From contig CAYVVK010000001.1 in the NCBI GenBank assembly GCA_964454855.1, positions 8,652 to 56,901 of the forward strand: a stretch of 48,250 nt of DNA, written 5' to 3'. This DNA is from an uncultured Phaeodactylibacter sp. Lineage in GTDB: Bacteria; Bacteroidota; Bacteroidia; Chitinophagales; Saprospiraceae. The notes under the pieces were generated by a model, which worked only from the letters and a program-made list of their open reading frames with translations, was not told where the DNA came from and ran no database searches. The translations under genes were made by a program, and so were the position numbers. Each line of letters opens with the position of its first letter. Position 1 is the first letter of the stretch. Shown in pieces: positions 45,973 to 48,250 of the stretch.

Positions 45973-48250
45973 TGAAAAACTCGGCCCCATTCAGGGCGCA
46001 GAAGCGGAAGGGTACTTTAATAACATCATCGACTCCATCGATGCTTATGTTTACTTGCCCCGTTTTGAATACGACAATATAGCCCTCAATGGCGTGGGCA
46101 TCCTGGCGAAGTTTGAACAATCTTTCGGCAATATCGACCTCGCCATCACCGAGCCGGTGATCAATGATAAGACGCATTTTTCCACGGTCAAAATGCTGGG
46201 CATACTCGACCGGGACACCTTTGAGCTGGCCCTGGCCTACGAATCGGAAGGCATGTCCCTGCTGGACAAGCTCAACCTCAATGCCCAGGTTTACATGCCC
46301 GACAGCCTCAACTACCGTATTGAGTTCAGCCAGTCTAACCTGGCCATTATGGAAACCCCCTGGCTGATCAACGACCGCAATTACATCACCTTCCGCAAGG
46401 GGTATGTAGACACCAAAAACTTTCTGCTTACCAACGCCGACCGGGCCATTAAACTGGAGGGGGTTAATAAAAAGGGCCTTAAGCTGGGCCTCTACAATTT
46501 CGATTTCAGTTTCATAGACGAGCTTTGGGAGTACGAGAGCCTGGACTTCGGAGGGCGCTTCAATGCCATTGCTGAAGTGGATAATATCTTTGAGCTCAGA
46601 GGTATGAGTGCCACACTCATGGCGGATACCTTCCTGGTAAACGAGGAGGACTGGGGCGTATTGCGCCTTGATGTGGAAGCAGAGAGCCTTAAAAATCCCT
46701 TCCACGCTTACTTGTCCATCACCAAAGATACCTCTCAGCTGCTGGCGGAAGGTTTTTACAACCCGGCGGGCATTGGCAAAGAAGCCAACCCCCCGGAAGC
46801 CCGGCAGGCCAATTATTTCGATTTCAACCTGGACATTGCCGGCTACCCTGTTAATATCGCGGAATACTGGATCGGGGAGAGTGTGTCCAATACTGCCGGC
46901 AGCTTTGGCGCCGACCTGCGGATATATGGCTTCCCTTCCGAGCCTCACAGCAGCGGCTTTATCACGGTGAGAGATGGCGCTACTACTGTGGATTTCCTGC
47001 AAACCCGTTATTTCTTCAATGAGGCCCTGGTCAGCGTCAACGACTACCTTTTCGATGCTACCGGCACCGTCGTCAGAGACAAGTACGGCAATACAGCCTC
47101 GGTAACGGGGGGGATCAGCCACGACCACCTGAAAAACCTGGGTATTGCCGCCCGTATGGAAACCAGCCGCTTCCTGGCGCTGGATACCAAGAAGGGCGAC
47201 AATGAACTGTTCTACGGGCATGCGATAGGCCAGGGAGAAGTCCGCTTCAACGGCCCCTTTGAAAAAGTGGACATCTATGTGAATGCCACCGTAGGAGAAG
47301 GCACCCGCCTGGCCATTCCGGTGAGCAGTGGGGAAGAAGCCTCCGAACTCAACTTCATCAACTTCCGGCAACGAAGGGAAGAGCCGGGTAATGGCCCCGG
47401 CAGCCTGCAACAGGAACTTTACGGCGTCAACCTGGAAATGGACCTCATCATCAACGAAGAAGCCCAGGGGGAGATCATCTTCGATGAACAGGCCGGCGAT
47501 ATCATCAAAGGCAACGGCAGGGGGAATATCCGCATATTGGTTCCCCGGAACGGCGATTTCGAAATGTACGGGGACTATGTGATCGGGAACGGCGACTACT
47601 TGTTCACCCTTTACAATGTAGTCAACAAGGAGTTTGCCATAAAGAGGGGAGGAGTCATCAGCTGGTCGGGTGACCCGCTGGAGGCGCAAATCCGGCTGGA
47701 AGCGGAATACAAAGGCTTGTCTACTTCTGTGGCCAACTTCATCCAGGAATACCTGGTGGATGCCTCTCCGGAGATCAAGAACGACGCCAGCAAGTCTACG
47801 GATATACAACTGACGATGGACCTGAGGGGCGACCTGCTACAGCCCATCATCAATTTCGACATCAGCTTTCCCCAACTCGTGGGCGGGCTGAAAACACTGA
47901 CGGACAGTAAGCTGCGGGTGGTCCGCCAGGACCCCAATGAACTCAACCGGCAGGTCTTTGGCCTGATCGTGGTCGGCCAGTTTCTACCCTCCGACCTGGC
48001 CATTCAGGGATCGGAGATCTTCTATAACACCGTCAGTGAATTTATCTCCAACCAGCTTTCCCTCTTGCTTACCGAATTGTTTTCCGAGTTTTTTGCCGAT
48101 GGCAGTGCCCTATCCGGTATCGACCTGGACATCGCCTACAACCAATACCAAACCGTCAACCTGGGCGAAGGCCAGGACATCAGTGGAGGGGATGAATTTC
48201 AACTGCGCCTGCGGCAGGAATTTTTCGATGACCGCCTGACCATACTGGTA
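45971..48250 (+). CDS. TamB-like protein, C-terminal part (continues past the window end)
   Basis: Checked by hand: 760 codons run from 45971 to 48250 with no stop. The text DEKLGPIQGAEAEGYFNN...RVVRQDPNELNRQVFGLIVVGQFLP...DEFQLRLRQEFFDDRLTILV is DUF490/TamB C-terminus-like. It is missing from the ORF track only because it has no stop in the window. Confidence 0.75.

Noticed and set aside
44068-47809. Long minus-strand ORFs of 540 aa (44068-45690) and 628 aa (45923-47809)
   Set aside because: They are antisense shadows of the TamB-like gene. The translations are Arg/Gly/Val/Leu-rich with no motifs, whereas the plus strand gives recognisable TamB-like sequence.

Overview
This is a chromosomal segment from a Bacteroidota-type genome. 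The evidence is type IX secretion (T9SS) cargo domains, a PorP/SprF gene, LytS/LytTR two-component genes, mostly leaderless-looking starts and TAnnTTTG-like -7 boxes. Coding DNA looks GC-rich and the intergenic islands look AT-rich by eye; nothing was computed. All product calls rest on motifs recognised in the ORF translations, because no database search was possible.

Most of the window is housekeeping or envelope genes:
- Core functions: rarA, an AlkD-like repair protein, an SDR, an M1 aminopeptidase, folP, pncA, ornithine aminotransferase and an FeS-type cryptochrome/photolyase.
- Transport: two SSF symporters, an AspT/YidE-type transporter and ABC components.
- Envelope: a TPR giant plus beta-barrel pair, a dynamin-like GTPase and a TamB-like giant.

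The accessory part is a T9SS surface locus: a PorP/SprF gene, a roughly 1800-aa PKD adhesin with a type-B sorting domain, and a lectin-like type-A cargo gene.

The more unusual observations are:
1. Three large or surface genes (adhesin, lectin, TamB-like) are each interrupted by a frameshift or stop.
2. Two separate direct-repeat arrays are phased at exactly 21 bp and share a CAnTCGGnA core.
3. A dispersed repeat of about 90-150 nt has one copy wedged between an ABC ATPase gene and its permease gene.
4. Three tandem copies of a conserved module each end in their own intrinsic terminator (candidate sRNA cluster).
5. An orphan strong terminator sits in an AT-rich 580-bp gap.

I did not find a convincing new multi-gene system. 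The candidates above are regulatory or RNA-level and need experiments or genome-wide searches.
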